Source: an uncultured virus (IMG/VR IMGVR_UViG_3300031759_000004) (lineage: Duplodnaviria > Heunggongvirae > Uroviricota > Caudoviricetes). From it: DNA of 64,000 nucleotides. The stretch covers positions 62,001-126,000 of the IMG/VR virus record IMGVR_UViG_3300031759_000004. The stretch is one strand, 5' to 3'. Under the pieces are notes generated by a model. That model did no database searches. It was not told the DNA's origin and saw only the letters and a list, made by a program, of their open reading frames with translations. The position numbers and the translations under genes are program-made. This document shows, piece after piece, positions 1 to 9,247 of the stretch. Within the stretch, counting starts at the first letter, position 1. Every line of letters begins with the position of its first letter.

Positions 1-202
1 CTGTGCGGCGCGCAGTTCAAGTTTCGCTCACAGTTGACCAAGCACGCGCGGGCCAAGCATCCGGACAACATGCACGAGGTGCTGGCGGCCTATCCGGAGG
101 ACCCGCAGGCGGTTTGATCTTGGTGACTTTGGGGTCCGGGAAAGTGCGGTCGTTATTCGCTGCGACCGCACTTTTGTTTTTTCAAATCGTAGTTAGGCCA
201 CT

Positions 203-964
203 ATGGCAACCAGCAACGCTAGCGAGCCGCGAGTGACAGCGGCTCAAAGCCCCGACACGCTGCCTCTGCGCGGCTACGCCGTGGAGCAGCTGGCCAACTA
301 CATCATGCGTCAGCTTGGCGCGCCGACCTGGAACGTCGAGCTGACCAACCAGCAAATTTACGACTGCATCCAGGACTCCTTGGGTTTGATTTCTCAGTGG
401 GTCCCTTTGACGAAAGTTGGCACCCTCCCGCTCGTACGGGGCCAATTCAAATATCTACAAGGAGTGGACGTCGGCCTTGGCGTAGCTCGTATCGACTTTG
501 TCGAACCCAACCCAGTCCCCACTGAGATTTTTTATGGCAACCTGATCAACCCCGCGCCGCTGTTTCGGACCGGGTTGGACGAGTACGACACCTTTCTGCG
601 CTGGCGCAAAACCTGGCAGCGGGTCACGTCCATCAGGCCCGACTGGTTTTACGACGAAGTCGAAGAGGCCCTGTACATCCACAATCCGATTGAGCGCTAT
701 CAGGCGGGCGTGATCTGCTACTTCCCGCAGACGGACACCACCAAGCTGAACCTGACGGCGGCAGACTGGGTCAAGCGCATGTCACTGGCCAAGTCCCGTT
801 TGCTGCTGGGCGAAGTGTGGATGAAATTTTCTGGCGCAATTCCGGGGCCGATGCAGAACATCCAGCTGGACCAGACGAAGCGGGAGAAGGCCCAGGAAGA
901 AGTGGACCGGCTGATGGAGCAGCTCAAAGGCATGCAGCTGTCTACACCAGCCATGATCGACTGA
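203..964 (+). CDS. gp13: Neck (head-tail connector) protein, T4 gp13-like
   Basis: N-terminal 'YIMRQLGAPTWNVELTNQQIYDCIQDSL' and C-terminal 'WVKR..LAKSRLLLGEVWMKFSG.IPG' match my recollection of T4 gp13; GTAGTTA motif at 189. Confidence 0.85.
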   Translation: MATSNASEPRVTAAQSPDTLPLRGYAVEQLANYIMRQLGAPTWNVELTNQQIYDCIQDSLGLISQWVPLTKVGTLPLVRGQFKYLQGVDVGLGVARIDFVEPNPVPTEIFYGNLINPAPLFRTGLDEYDTFLRWRKTWQRVTSIRPDWFYDEVEEALYIHNPIERYQAGVICYFPQTDTTKLNLTAADWVKRMSLAKSRLLLGEVWMKFSGAIPGPMQNIQLDQTKREKAQEEVDRLMEQLKGMQLSTPAMID

Positions 965-965
965 C

Positions 966-1808
966 GTGAACAAGTACAATCCAAAAGGTCTGCGCCGCGA
1001 CCACCGGGGCCGCCTCCTGGACAAATGGGGCCGCACAATGGAAGTGGACTGGGACGAATTCGAGAAGCGCCGCCGGACACCCGGCAAGCCGCTGAAATAC
1101 CCGCAGGTAGTCAACCCGCTGCATGCGGCGGCCAAGCTCAAGTCGACCGTTGAGGCCGTAAACTTTGACGATCCGGATCAGCTGCTGACGCGTTTTACCA
1201 ACTTTGTCGTTTTCACTGAAGTGCAGAAGCGCAACCACCGCTTCCAGTCGTACATGCTGAAGTATTACTACACCGACAGGGTGTGCTCGTACGGTGAAGG
1301 GCACGAGGGACACTGGACAATTCACGAGCCGTGGGCTAAGCGTTTTCTAACGGTTAAGGCAGCTGAAGCTGCCATAATGGAAATCATCAAAGGTCAGCGC
1401 TACATGGACATTTTCTTGGCCTGGGACGACCCGCGCGGCTATCAAATAGCCGAAGTTTCGCCGAACGGCACTGACATTGTGCGCCGCGTGCCTCACCAGC
1501 TTCGGCATCCGCAGGCGCGCACGGCGGAGTCCATTGTAGACGCTCTCCTGGAGAGCAACCTGGAGGACCGGCTGATGGCCGTGGCCCGGAAGATCAAGCA
1601 CTGCGGCGACTACGGCTGCCTGTTTTACCACCCGGGACTGAAGACGGTCCACTGGACTGCCGCCGACTCTGATGGTTCTCCGGACTTTACTGACTTGGAC
1701 GAGATTAAAAAGATGCTGAAGCTGCCGGGTGTGGAGGAGGTTGTGATCGGCGACGAGTGGTCGCCAGGCAAGGAAAAAGGCTACCAGCGCTTGCGCTATG
1801 AAAGCTGA
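966..1808 (+). CDS. Hypothetical protein with internal 'AESIVDALLES' motif (candidate head-internal protein)
   Basis: Starts 1 nt after gp13 stop, phage-like codon usage, overlaps next gene. Confidence 0.7.
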   Translation: MNKYNPKGLRRDHRGRLLDKWGRTMEVDWDEFEKRRRTPGKPLKYPQVVNPLHAAAKLKSTVEAVNFDDPDQLLTRFTNFVVFTEVQKRNHRFQSYMLKYYYTDRVCSYGEGHEGHWTIHEPWAKRFLTVKAAEAAIMEIIKGQRYMDIFLAWDDPRGYQIAEVSPNGTDIVRRVPHQLRHPQARTAESIVDALLESNLEDRLMAVARKIKHCGDYGCLFYHPGLKTVHWTAADSDGSPDFTDLDEIKKMLKLPGVEEVVIGDEWSPGKEKGYQRLRYES

Positions 1809-2484
1809 AGCCATAGTGGCCACCCTCCTGGAAGTGGCGGACCCGGACGACCTCGATCCGCTGGCGTACGCCGACGCCACCGTGAATCCGCAGCCCAACA
1901 CGGACACCGATCCGGAGCGGCTGACGCGGGCGCTCCGCGACGCCCTGGTGGAGCGCGGCTGGCGCAACATCCGCGTGTTTCCGCCCGAGGAAGAAGGTGT
2001 CTGGACGGTGACGGCGGGCTGGATCGACGAGCCGTGGCGCACGGAGTCGGAAGTGCAAGGCTACCGGGTCACCGGTCCGCCCCAGCAGCTGTGGAACCTG
2101 CCAGGTCGGCTGACGACTTCGTTCAAAGGCGGACTGACGCGGATCGGGGCCAACGTGATCTGGTTCCACCTGGACGAGGTCGTGCCAGCACATCAAGGCA
2201 TCGACCTGGACAATCCGCCGGATGATTTTGAGGATGACCAGGGCGACTGGTCAGTGACGCTTCAGTTCAAGATCACGCCCAAGCCCAAGTACTGGACGAC
2301 GCTGCATAAGGCCACGCCGACGGACCCGCCGCAGGTTAAGCCGCGCAAGCCGGTGCGGTCCCTGCTCACGCCGGAGCAGCAGGACCAGCGCGACGAGGAG
2401 CACCGGCAGTACATGCGCAAGCTCCAGGCGCGCGGCCAGGGTAGCTGGGAAGACATGCTGCAAATACTGAAAGGCACGCGCTGA
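1798..2484 (+). CDS. Hypothetical protein, N-terminal 'AEAIVATLLE' motif
   Basis: Coupled to upstream ORF; 228 aa with normal composition. Confidence 0.7.
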   Translation: MKAEAIVATLLEVADPDDLDPLAYADATVNPQPNTDTDPERLTRALRDALVERGWRNIRVFPPEEEGVWTVTAGWIDEPWRTESEVQGYRVTGPPQQLWNLPGRLTTSFKGGLTRIGANVIWFHLDEVVPAHQGIDLDNPPDDFEDDQGDWSVTLQFKITPKPKYWTTLHKATPTDPPQVKPRKPVRSLLTPEQQDQRDEEHRQYMRKLQARGQGSWEDMLQILKGTR

Positions 2485-2571
2485 ATCGTCACTTGCGCCC
2501 GGACCGGAAACGTGGGAGAGTAGCGGGCCACTCTCGCGGACTGATTCCGTTCTTAGTTGGCATTGAAATTT

Positions 2572-3000
2572 ATGAGCATGAAGACTACCGATCTGCTCTC
2601 TGAGCTTTTGCTCGTGGCCAAAGTGCTGCAAAAGCAACAGACTGAAATTTTGCTCGCCTTCCAGGCGCTGCAAAAACAAACCGTAACACCGAAACAAAGT
2701 AGAAAAGAGTACAACGAAATTATGAGCGCACTAGCTGACCTCTCCCAAGCGGTGACCGATCTCGGCACCGCCACCACGACCTTGACCTCCGCCGTCGATG
2801 CGGCGGTCACGGACATCACCGCCCTGTCTCCGACGGACGCCCAGCTGGCGGCCCTGTCGCAGTCCGTGGCGGCAGTCACGGCCACCCTGACGGCCCAAAC
2901 CGCACGCTTGAACGGCGCGGTGAATCCGCCCGCGCCTGCTGTGGCCCCGACGAATCCGGTAGCGGCGCAGCCCGTCAGTCCCGCCGCGTCTCCGACCTAA
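2572..3000 (+). CDS. Ala/Thr-rich helical small protein; probable second in-frame start at 2722
   Basis: ATG 2572 after GTTCT motif; A-rich leader before ATG 2722; similar to 29133..29486; followed by terminator. Confidence 0.65.
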   Translation: MSMKTTDLLSELLLVAKVLQKQQTEILLAFQALQKQTVTPKQSRKEYNEIMSALADLSQAVTDLGTATTTLTSAVDAAVTDITALSPTDAQLAALSQSVAAVTATLTAQTARLNGAVNPPAPAVAPTNPVAAQPVSPAASPT

Positions 3001-3020
3001 GTCGCTGTAGACGACATACT

Positions 3021-3052
3021 TGCGGCAGTCTAACGGCTGCCGCATATTTTTT
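3021..3052 (+). terminator. Rho-independent terminator
   Basis: TGCGGCAGTC-TAAC-GGCTGCCGCA hairpin followed by TATTTTTT. Confidence 0.8.
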
Positions 3053-3074
3053 GTATTTTAATTAAAGATTTTTG

Positions 3075-3103
3075 TTGACGGAGACCCTGGTTTCGTCTAC
3101 ATT
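3075..3103 (+). promoter_or_regulatory. Host sigma70-type early promoter
   Basis: TTGACG-17 nt-TACATT with AT-rich upstream tract, 6 nt before ATG 3110; near-identical layout at 36838..36866. Confidence 0.75.
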
Positions 3104-3109
3104 TGTCGT

Positions 3110-4582
3110 ATGAAATACATCGTATACGAAGCCAACCTCAAGACCCTGACGGAAAAGCTGACCCGCCTCAACGCCAAGCTGGCGCGCATCGGGGTGCCGG
3201 AAGTCAGCTGCAAAATCACCGGCCACACGGACGAGCCGCATCCGAGCATCGCCGGGGCCACGGCCCGCTACATCAGCCTCGAAGTCGAAGGCGTCACCCC
3301 GGAATTCAACGGCTGGACGTTCGTGGCCACCCTGGTGCATACCCAGGAGGGCAACATCATCCGCTCCGTCCCGGGCTTTGAGGTCGCGCCGGAATACCGC
3401 GACAAGGCCAACTGGTGCGACCACTGCCAGACCAACCGGGTCCGCCGCGACACCTACGTGGTCAAGCACACGGACGGGCGCGTCATGCAGGTCGGCTCTT
3501 CCTGCCTGGCCGAGTTCATCGGCTGCAACCCCAACGGCTTGACCAAGGGCGCGGAACTGGTGCTCCAGGCGTACGACGTTTGCGAGAGTGCGACCAGCCC
3601 GACCTGGCTTGGCGGCAGCAACGCCTTGAACACCTACCGGCTGGACCTGGACACCTACTTGCAGCACGTGGCGGCGGTGGTGCTGGCGCGCGGTGCCTAC
3701 GTCACCCGCAAGGTGGCCTCCGAGCGCGGTCAGCAGAGCACCAGCGACCTGGCCCTCCAGTCCATGCAGGGCGCGTTCAGCCAGCACAACGCCGCCGGTG
3801 AAGTTGTCTACACACCGTACCCGCTCACGGACGAGGCCAAGAAGCTGGCGGCCAGCTCCCGCTCCCTGGTCATGAGCCGTTTCAGCCCGCACGTGGTGGA
3901 CGCCGAGGGACTGTCGGACGACGCGCTGATGGCCAACATCCTGGGCACGCTCAAAGGGACTAACCGCGAGATTTCCGATTTCGAGCACAACCTGCTGGCC
4001 TGCGCCCGTTCCGAGAGCATCGAACCCCGCCTCTGCGGCATTGCGGCCTACATCGTTGAATACTATCGCCGGGAGTCCGACGCGGCCCGCGCCCGGATGG
4101 CCAACCCGGCCAAGCTTAACGGCCACGGCCTGTCCGTCATCTTCGCCATGATCGAAAAGGCGAAGCAGCACCTGACCAGCCCGGCGATCCGCCTGGCCAA
4201 CGAGCAGGGCGTGCGCCTGAACATCACCCTGGCCGGTGCGGCCAGCAAGAATGCGGGCTGCCTGTACATCAAGGGCGAGCGCGGCACGGACACGTACTAC
4301 GGCAAGGTGACGCCCGAAGGCAAGTTCTTCGCCGTGCGGACCTGCCCGCCGACCGTGGAAGCGCTGCTCCTGGCTTTTGCGGCCAACCCGGAAGAGCTGG
4401 CGACCAAGTACGGGCGGCTGACCGGCAAGTGCTCGTTCTGCGGGCGCAAGCTGACGGACGTGCGCTCGACAGCTGTCGGATTTGGTCCTACCTGTGCGGA
4501 GAATTTTGGGCTGGCAGCAGCTTGGCGTAACGGTCAAGTGCCTGCTGTAGCGAACAGCGGTGCCGCTTTGCAAACTGCCTGA
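3110..4582 (+). CDS. Early phage protein with two Zn-binding motifs; C-terminal DUF6011-like domain
   Basis: CDHC...QVGSSC in the N-half; 'CSFCGRKLTDVRSTAVGFGPTCA' at the C-terminus. Confidence 0.7.
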   Translation: MKYIVYEANLKTLTEKLTRLNAKLARIGVPEVSCKITGHTDEPHPSIAGATARYISLEVEGVTPEFNGWTFVATLVHTQEGNIIRSVPGFEVAPEYRDKANWCDHCQTNRVRRDTYVVKHTDGRVMQVGSSCLAEFIGCNPNGLTKGAELVLQAYDVCESATSPTWLGGSNALNTYRLDLDTYLQHVAAVVLARGAYVTRKVASERGQQSTSDLALQSMQGAFSQHNAAGEVVYTPYPLTDEAKKLAASSRSLVMSRFSPHVVDAEGLSDDALMANILGTLKGTNREISDFEHNLLACARSESIEPRLCGIAAYIVEYYRRESDAARARMANPAKLNGHGLSVIFAMIEKAKQHLTSPAIRLANEQGVRLNITLAGAASKNAGCLYIKGERGTDTYYGKVTPEGKFFAVRTCPPTVEALLLAFAANPEELATKYGRLTGKCSFCGRKLTDVRSTAVGFGPTCAENFGLAAAWRNGQVPAVANSGAALQTA

Positions 4583-5348
4583 TAGTTTTACGGTCTCTTT
4601 TGACGTAGTTGGCTGCGCCTAAAAAAGACGCAGGGACACCGTTGACAAAGATTCCGCTTTTGTCCGCGAAGGCACTTGAAATTGCGCGACTGTGGGCGCT
4701 GCTTATTACGCGTCCTTTCAGGGCTTTAGACAGCTTGGACCGAACATCTGCCCTGGCTAGCGTGCGCTGGTTGCGTTTAGTTACCATGGCCGTATACTCT
4801 GGACTTCCACGCTTTAACCTGATCGGTGGAACGTAGCCCCGAGCGCGACTACGTGCTCGAAGTGATGCTGCGCACTTGGCGGCAATAGCTTGATTTTTCA
4901 TGGGATTAACCGTTTTTCTTAGCGTAGACATCATTGCGCTTATTTTGGCAGTTTGTTCAGGGGTTCTGGTGGGCTGGAACCACGTGCCGTCACGTATACG
5001 TTTTTTCATGTTGTTTGACAGCTTCTGCCTGGTTTCAGCCGTAGGGCTGCCACCCTCGCCGCCGCTCGTACCGTTCGTTAGCTGGTGTCCAAGACGCTTT
5101 AAGCGTGCAATGTAGGCCCTCTCAGCTTCATCGGCGTGTTCTGCTTGTGTTGTCACGAGTACGAGCATTTGCGGCTGATAACCGGCGCTCTGCATGCTGC
5201 GTATCCAGTTTCCACGGTAGGTTGGCTGGTCGCGACCGGCGGCTTTTAAGTGTTTGCGCCACCTTTTACCTGGCTGACTGGTTTTACCGACGTAGCGCCA
5301 GTCGGAAGGGTACCGTGGATCAAAGAGGGCGTAAATGTAGATTTTCAC
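4488..5348 (-). CDS. Free-standing GIY-YIG homing endonuclease with NUMOD3-like repeats
   Basis: 'IYIYALFDPR...RYVGKT...RWRKH', 'AERAYIA..LTNGTSGGEG', 'AETRQKLS', 'RSKLSKALKGR'; lower GC than flanks. Confidence 0.85.
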   Translation of the reverse strand: MKIYIYALFDPRYPSDWRYVGKTSQPGKRWRKHLKAAGRDQPTYRGNWIRSMQSAGYQPQMLVLVTTQAEHADEAERAYIARLKRLGHQLTNGTSGGEGGSPTAETRQKLSNNMKKRIRDGTWFQPTRTPEQTAKISAMMSTLRKTVNPMKNQAIAAKCAASLRARSRARGYVPPIRLKRGSPEYTAMVTKRNQRTLARADVRSKLSKALKGRVISSAHSRAISSAFADKSGIFVNGVPASFLGAANYVKRDRKTIRQFAKRHRCSLQQALDRYAKLLPAQNSPHR

Positions 5349-5534
5349 TGGCTTAACTACTTACTTCAGCTTACAGTGGGGTCTTGGGGCGTGACGTGCG
5401 CGCGGCAAGCCGACCAAAAGGCCACTGGTAATCAATCCAGACGCAAACACCGTCGCGAACCGCCCGCGATGCCTACGGGCCACGGGCGGTACCGGCTGAC
5501 CACCGGCACGCTCCACCAATTTCGTAGTTAAAGT

Positions 5535-6011
5535 GTGACGCCGAACACCATGGTAAACTCTCTGCTTGAAACCGATCCGGACAACCCGGAGGCGGTCCTG
5601 CGCTCGATCAATCCATTCATGGAGATAAAGTGCGTAGTGTGCGCCCGCAATTCCAGCGGCAGTGCGGATTACCTGTTGCTGCGGCTTCAAATGACGGAGG
5701 ACAACTATAATCTCGGCGGCCATTACGGGATCGCCATGGAGGAGGCGGAAAGCCAGGGCTACGAAATGCCCTGCGTGGTGGCGGATGAAAACGAGCGTTT
5801 ATTCGAGCCTTTCAAGGGCATGGACTGGACGACGGCCAAGATTGTAGACGCTTACCGGGAAGATCAGGGAGGCAAGGCTAAAACCGCGCGTCAGGCGCAC
5901 ATGGACATGTTTCCGCGCGAGGACTGGGAATACGAGGTAGCCAACGGCGACACGCGGCTCGGGTACGACGAGTGGCTGGCCCACCGGGTTGAAGGCGAGC
6001 GCGGCATTTAA
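5535..6011 (+). CDS. Hypothetical protein, N-terminal 'MVNSLLET' motif
   Basis: GTAGTTA at 5524 directly before the GTG start. Confidence 0.7.
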   Translation: MTPNTMVNSLLETDPDNPEAVLRSINPFMEIKCVVCARNSSGSADYLLLRLQMTEDNYNLGGHYGIAMEEAESQGYEMPCVVADENERLFEPFKGMDWTTAKIVDAYREDQGGKAKTARQAHMDMFPREDWEYEVANGDTRLGYDEWLAHRVEGERGI

Positions 6012-6046
6012 GTTTAGCCACCGGATGCAATTCGGTTCTAGCGGGG

Positions 6047-6775
6047 ATGCCAATACTACAAGACTCCTATCTGGCGGCAATAGCCGCAACCACTGATCCG
6101 CAGCACAAAACAATCCTGCTTACTCTGTATACAGAGAGCCTGGTAGCTTCAGGTGCTCAGCCTCCGAAAGCTGAACCTCCGAAAGCTGAACCTCCGAAAG
6201 CTGAACCTCCGAAAGCTGAACCTCCGAAAGCTGAACCTCCGAAAGCTGAACCTCCGAAAGCTGAACCTCCGAAAGCTGAACCTCCGAAAGCTGGTTCAAG
6301 TTTACCGACTCGTACTTTTGTTAACCGGTTTAACTTGCCCATGCCGGAGTATGAAATGGAGCACTACTACAAAATTACTAAGCAGTACAGTAAATTTATG
6401 GTCGATAGGCAAATGACCAATTTCAACCTTATCGCTCCGGCCAAAGCGCACTATTACAGAGGAGTGTATACGGAGGCTAACGCGCTAGAAGATCATGAAA
6501 CCTGGTCTGAATTGACCATCCTCACCACAAGACTGGTTAACCGGCTTAAAGCTGAAATCAAATACAAGAAAGTAAGCTACACGGCAACATTGTACTTTGT
6601 ATACGTATTATGCAAGGCGCGCTATAGGGCTTTTTTGACTGAGGCTGACGCCGGTCTTATGGCGGCTGCCTATCATGAGCTTAGTCGCGAAAACAAAGAA
6701 AAAACGTGGAATTTTTGGATTACGTTCTGGAACAAAGCCTTCGCAGACTGGAATAACAGCAGGGTCGAGAACTAA
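6047..6775 (+). CDS. Hypothetical low-GC protein with (PPKAE)n linker
   Basis: GTTCT motif at 6035; open frame spans the tandem repeat. Confidence 0.65.
   Translation: MPILQDSYLAAIAATTDPQHKTILLTLYTESLVASGAQPPKAEPPKAEPPKAEPPKAEPPKAEPPKAEPPKAEPPKAEPPKAGSSLPTRTFVNRFNLPMPEYEMEHYYKITKQYSKFMVDRQMTNFNLIAPAKAHYYRGVYTEANALEDHETWSELTILTTRLVNRLKAEIKYKKVSYTATLYFVYVLCKARYRAFLTEADAGLMAAAYHELSRENKEKTWNFWITFWNKAFADWNNSRVEN
6161..6293 (+). repeat. Perfect 15-bp tandem repeat CCTCCGAAAGCTGAA (8 copies plus 13 nt)
   Basis: Read directly; encodes PPKAE x8 + PPKAG. Confidence 0.97.
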
Positions 6776-6802
6776 GCGTGTCGTGAATCAGTTCTACAAG
6801 GC

Positions 6803-6985
6803 ATGGACATCGAAGAACTGGCAGACAAGCTGTACACCGTCTACTGTGCCGCCGTTGGCGGCAAAGCTTTCAACGGCGACCCGCTTCCCGCCTGGAGCAC
6901 GTTCCGGGCCGATCCGACCAAGCGCAAGCAGAGCGACGCCTGGATGATTGTGGCCAAGACGGCGCTTGACGCGGTGGTCGGCTAG
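6803..6985 (+). CDS. Small hypothetical protein
   Basis: GTTCT motif at 6791, 60 aa, typical codon usage. Confidence 0.65.
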   Translation: MDIEELADKLYTVYCAAVGGKAFNGDPLPAWSTFRADPTKRKQSDAWMIVAKTALDAVVG

Positions 6986-7188
6986 GCGAAATTGACCAGG
7001 GACTGGTTCGGCCCTGTGATAGTGGTGTTGTTTTTCACCACTCCCTTGGCGTTGGGGCCTGGATTTTGATCAGGTGCGCCGACGACCTTGTCGTTGTCTT
7101 TGGCGTTGACCGTGTGATTGAGCCAGTCGGGAATGGCGTAGCGTGGAGCACCGGCGGCTCCCATGCCGCTTACAGAGTTGTTCGTCAT
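6982..7188 (-). CDS. Small Asn/Gly-rich hypothetical protein
   Basis: GTAATTA motif (7193..7199, minus) just upstream; composition like 35481..35705. Confidence 0.6.
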   Translation of the reverse strand: MTNNSVSGMGAAGAPRYAIPDWLNHTVNAKDNDKVVGAPDQNPGPNAKGVVKNNTTITGPNQSLVNFA

Positions 7189-7195
7189 GCCTTAA

Positions 7196-7561
7196 TTACG
7201 GCAGCGACTCGTCGACGTCGCGCGGGTCCAGCGCCAGGCGGCGCAATGGATTGGCCGGGCGGCCTGTGTTCGGAATCACTTCAACGGCCCTGTCATCCCA
7301 TAAATCTATCATGCGGTAATCCTTCTGGTTGGTGATCTCCAGCGCGGGCAGCCCGTTGTCGGTCAGCCACTGCCGGACGAAAGCCAGGTCCCCTGGATTG
7401 GCCGCCCTGGCGGTCATGATCTTCACTTCTTCGCCGTTGCGCAGCCACGCCTTGACCCGGGCCATCATCGCCGGTACCGGCGGCCCGATGTGCTCGGGGC
7501 CGTGGAAACCAGTGTCATGGGCCAGGGTGCCGTCCAAGTCTACTCCGTGCCAGCCAGCCAT
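7196..7561 (-). CDS. HAD-superfamily phosphatase (minimal, capless)
   Basis: Motif I 'VDLDGTLA', motif II 'IMTAR', 'NQKD', motif IV 'LWDDRA'. Confidence 0.8.
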   Translation of the reverse strand: MAGWHGVDLDGTLAHDTGFHGPEHIGPPVPAMMARVKAWLRNGEEVKIMTARAANPGDLAFVRQWLTDNGLPALEITNQKDYRMIDLWDDRAVEVIPNTGRPANPLRRLALDPRDVDESLP

Positions 7562-7564
7562 GGC

Positions 7565-8209
7565 TTAAATACAGTGAACGAGTTGCAACCGCTCCGGGTG
7601 AAAGAAAACCTCCACCAGCTTGAGCGTCCAAAAGCTGGGGAAGGGAAAGCTGAAGTCCGGCAGGCAGCCTTCCGACGTAAAGGTGATAGGTCGATAGTCG
7701 CCGGTCTTGATGTCTGCCGGGCAGCCCGGCCAGATGATCGGGTCGTCGTGGCAGAAGACCACCATTTTCGCCTTGCGGAGCACAGGCACAAGCTCGTTGA
7801 TGACTGCCCGGCTTAAATGGCAGATGACGTCTTTGACCAGGACCACCGCTTCGTCCACCGGCGGCGGAACGCCAGGCTCGCCTAGCTGAGGAAAAGTCTG
7901 GATGTAATGCCGTTGCAGGAGCGGCAGCAGGCGCGCTTTGGCCTTTTCCAGGGCTACCGGCGACACGTCGTAGGGCTGGTAGTAGCTGCGCGGCACGCCG
8001 CTGAGGATGGCCTCGGCCACGCGGCCATCGCCGCAGCCCCAGTCGATGACGCGAAAGTGCGGGTAGTTCTGGTTGGCGTGCAACAGCATCTGCACGAATT
8101 CAATGTACGGGCGGCAGTGCGCCGGGTCGGACCCGGGGCCGGAGCCGGAGGTGGAGTCCCAGGCTCGTTCCGTGTAGTGGACGTCGAAAATTTCGCTGAG
8201 GGGTTTCAT
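7565..8209 (-). CDS. Class I SAM-dependent methyltransferase
   Basis: True start ATG 8209 (ATGA overlap with upstream gene); 'GSGPGS', 'VIDWGCGDG', 'KDVICHL'. Confidence 0.8.
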   Translation of the reverse strand: MKPLSEIFDVHYTERAWDSTSGSGPGSDPAHCRPYIEFVQMLLHANQNYPHFRVIDWGCGDGRVAEAILSGVPRSYYQPYDVSPVALEKAKARLLPLLQRHYIQTFPQLGEPGVPPPVDEAVVLVKDVICHLSRAVINELVPVLRKAKMVVFCHDDPIIWPGCPADIKTGDYRPITFTSEGCLPDFSFPFPSFWTLKLVEVFFHPERLQLVHCI

Positions 8210-8823
8210 GGTCGGGCTGCCAGGGTGTTGCCGGTGGTTGTGCCGATGATGCGGGTGAAACCGAGCAGGCTGACGGCGTGGTGCATGCTGGCTTCGTAGG
8301 CGGGGTCGTAGGGGCCGTTGGGCCTGCCCATCTCGTAGCAAAGTAGACGCGTGTCCTTGAGCAGCTGGTGCGACGCCAGGATGATCTCCTGGTCCAGGCC
8401 CTCGCAGTCGATGCTGACGAAGTCGAAAGGCCGCTGGCCGGTCAGCTGCCACAGGGATGCGGGCGTGATCGACGCCAGGTAATGGCAGGAGAGACCGGGA
8501 GTCTCGGTCTTGCGCCGCTCGACCTGCCAGCAGGCCCCGGTGCTTAGGTGCCCGTCGGTGGTGAACTTCAAAATCCGGGCGTCGGAGCTGATGGCGCAGT
8601 TGAGCAGGTTTACGCTCGGCAGTTCCCGGTAGTTCTCCAGGAGTTCGCTGAACTGGCAGTGGAGCGGTTCCACCATCCAGCCGCTCCAGCCATTGAGCGC
8701 CAGGCGGCGCGTGTTGCTGCCGCTTATGCCATTGGCCGCGCCGAGGTCCAGAAAAGTTCCGACGTGGCTGCCAAAGAAGTCGGCGACAAGGCTGTCCTCG
8801 TTGTATTGGCTGAAGCTGGTCAC
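8206..8823 (-). CDS. FkbM-family methyltransferase
   Basis: 'FSQYNED', 'FLDLGAANGISGSNT', 'GWSGWMVEP', 'DFVSIDCEGLD'. Confidence 0.85.
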   Translation of the reverse strand: MTSFSQYNEDSLVADFFGSHVGTFLDLGAANGISGSNTRRLALNGWSGWMVEPLHCQFSELLENYRELPSVNLLNCAISSDARILKFTTDGHLSTGACWQVERRKTETPGLSCHYLASITPASLWQLTGQRPFDFVSIDCEGLDQEIILASHQLLKDTRLLCYEMGRPNGPYDPAYEASMHHAVSLLGFTRIIGTTTGNTLAARP

Positions 8824-9068
8824 AGGTCAAACCCAATCAGGGCGTTTTTGTATACAGTAACGCCCAGCGCGGTCGCCTGCCGGTGACCCAGCTCTACCGG
8901 CTTGACCTCTTCACACACCACGGGCAGCCCGTTCCAGACCGGCCCCAGGGACCGCCGGTGGGCCAGGATGACCGCTGCCGCCGGGTGGACGACTATCCGT
9001 TCCGGCGGGCGATTGTGTTTCTGCTGGTACTGGTCCACCAGCTGGCTGAGTATTTTTGGCGGTTTCAT
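8820..9068 (-). CDS. Small hypothetical protein
   Basis: Coupled by 4-nt overlap to the FkbM gene. Confidence 0.55.
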   Translation of the reverse strand: MKPPKILSQLVDQYQQKHNRPPERIVVHPAAAVILAHRRSLGPVWNGLPVVCEEVKPVELGHRQATALGVTVYKNALIGFDL

Positions 9069-9228
9069 CTTCGGTTAAAGCGCGCTGGACCAATTCCAGC
9101 AGGGCGCGGTTAAGCGCCAAAGTTTCGTTCAGCAAGCCCGCCGCCGCGATCAGCGGGTCCGCTTTGGCGGAAAGGGCCACGCAGCGCATTTTCAGGGCGG
9201 CGGCGTCGCGCAGCAGTACTTGATTCAT
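8911..9228 (-). CDS. Small hypothetical protein (3' part overlaps next gene)
   Basis: ATG at 9228 with minus-strand GTTCT at 9237..9241; helical N-half. Confidence 0.4.
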   Translation of the reverse strand: MNQVLLRDAAALKMRCVALSAKADPLIAAAGLLNETLALNRALLELVQRALTEDETAKNTQPAGGPVPAETQSPAGTDSRPPGGSGHPGPPAVPGAGLERAARGV

Positions 9229-9247
9229 GTTCTTTGAGAACAGAATT

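Noticed and set aside
3062..4573. 503-aa minus-strand ORF
   Set aside because: Shadow of 3110..4582, which has a promoter and recognisable motifs.
6161..6293. Repeat as a CRISPR array
   Set aside because: 15-bp units are contiguous with no spacers, in frame within a CDS, and no cas genes are present.
7196..7561. HAD phosphatase as the dATP-removing partner of PurZ
   Set aside because: Known DatZ enzymes are HD-domain; this gene is 25 kb away with nothing linking it.
8210..8836. N-terminal half of track ORF 7565..8836
   Set aside because: Alternate frame over the FkbM gene; the methyltransferase begins at ATG 8209.
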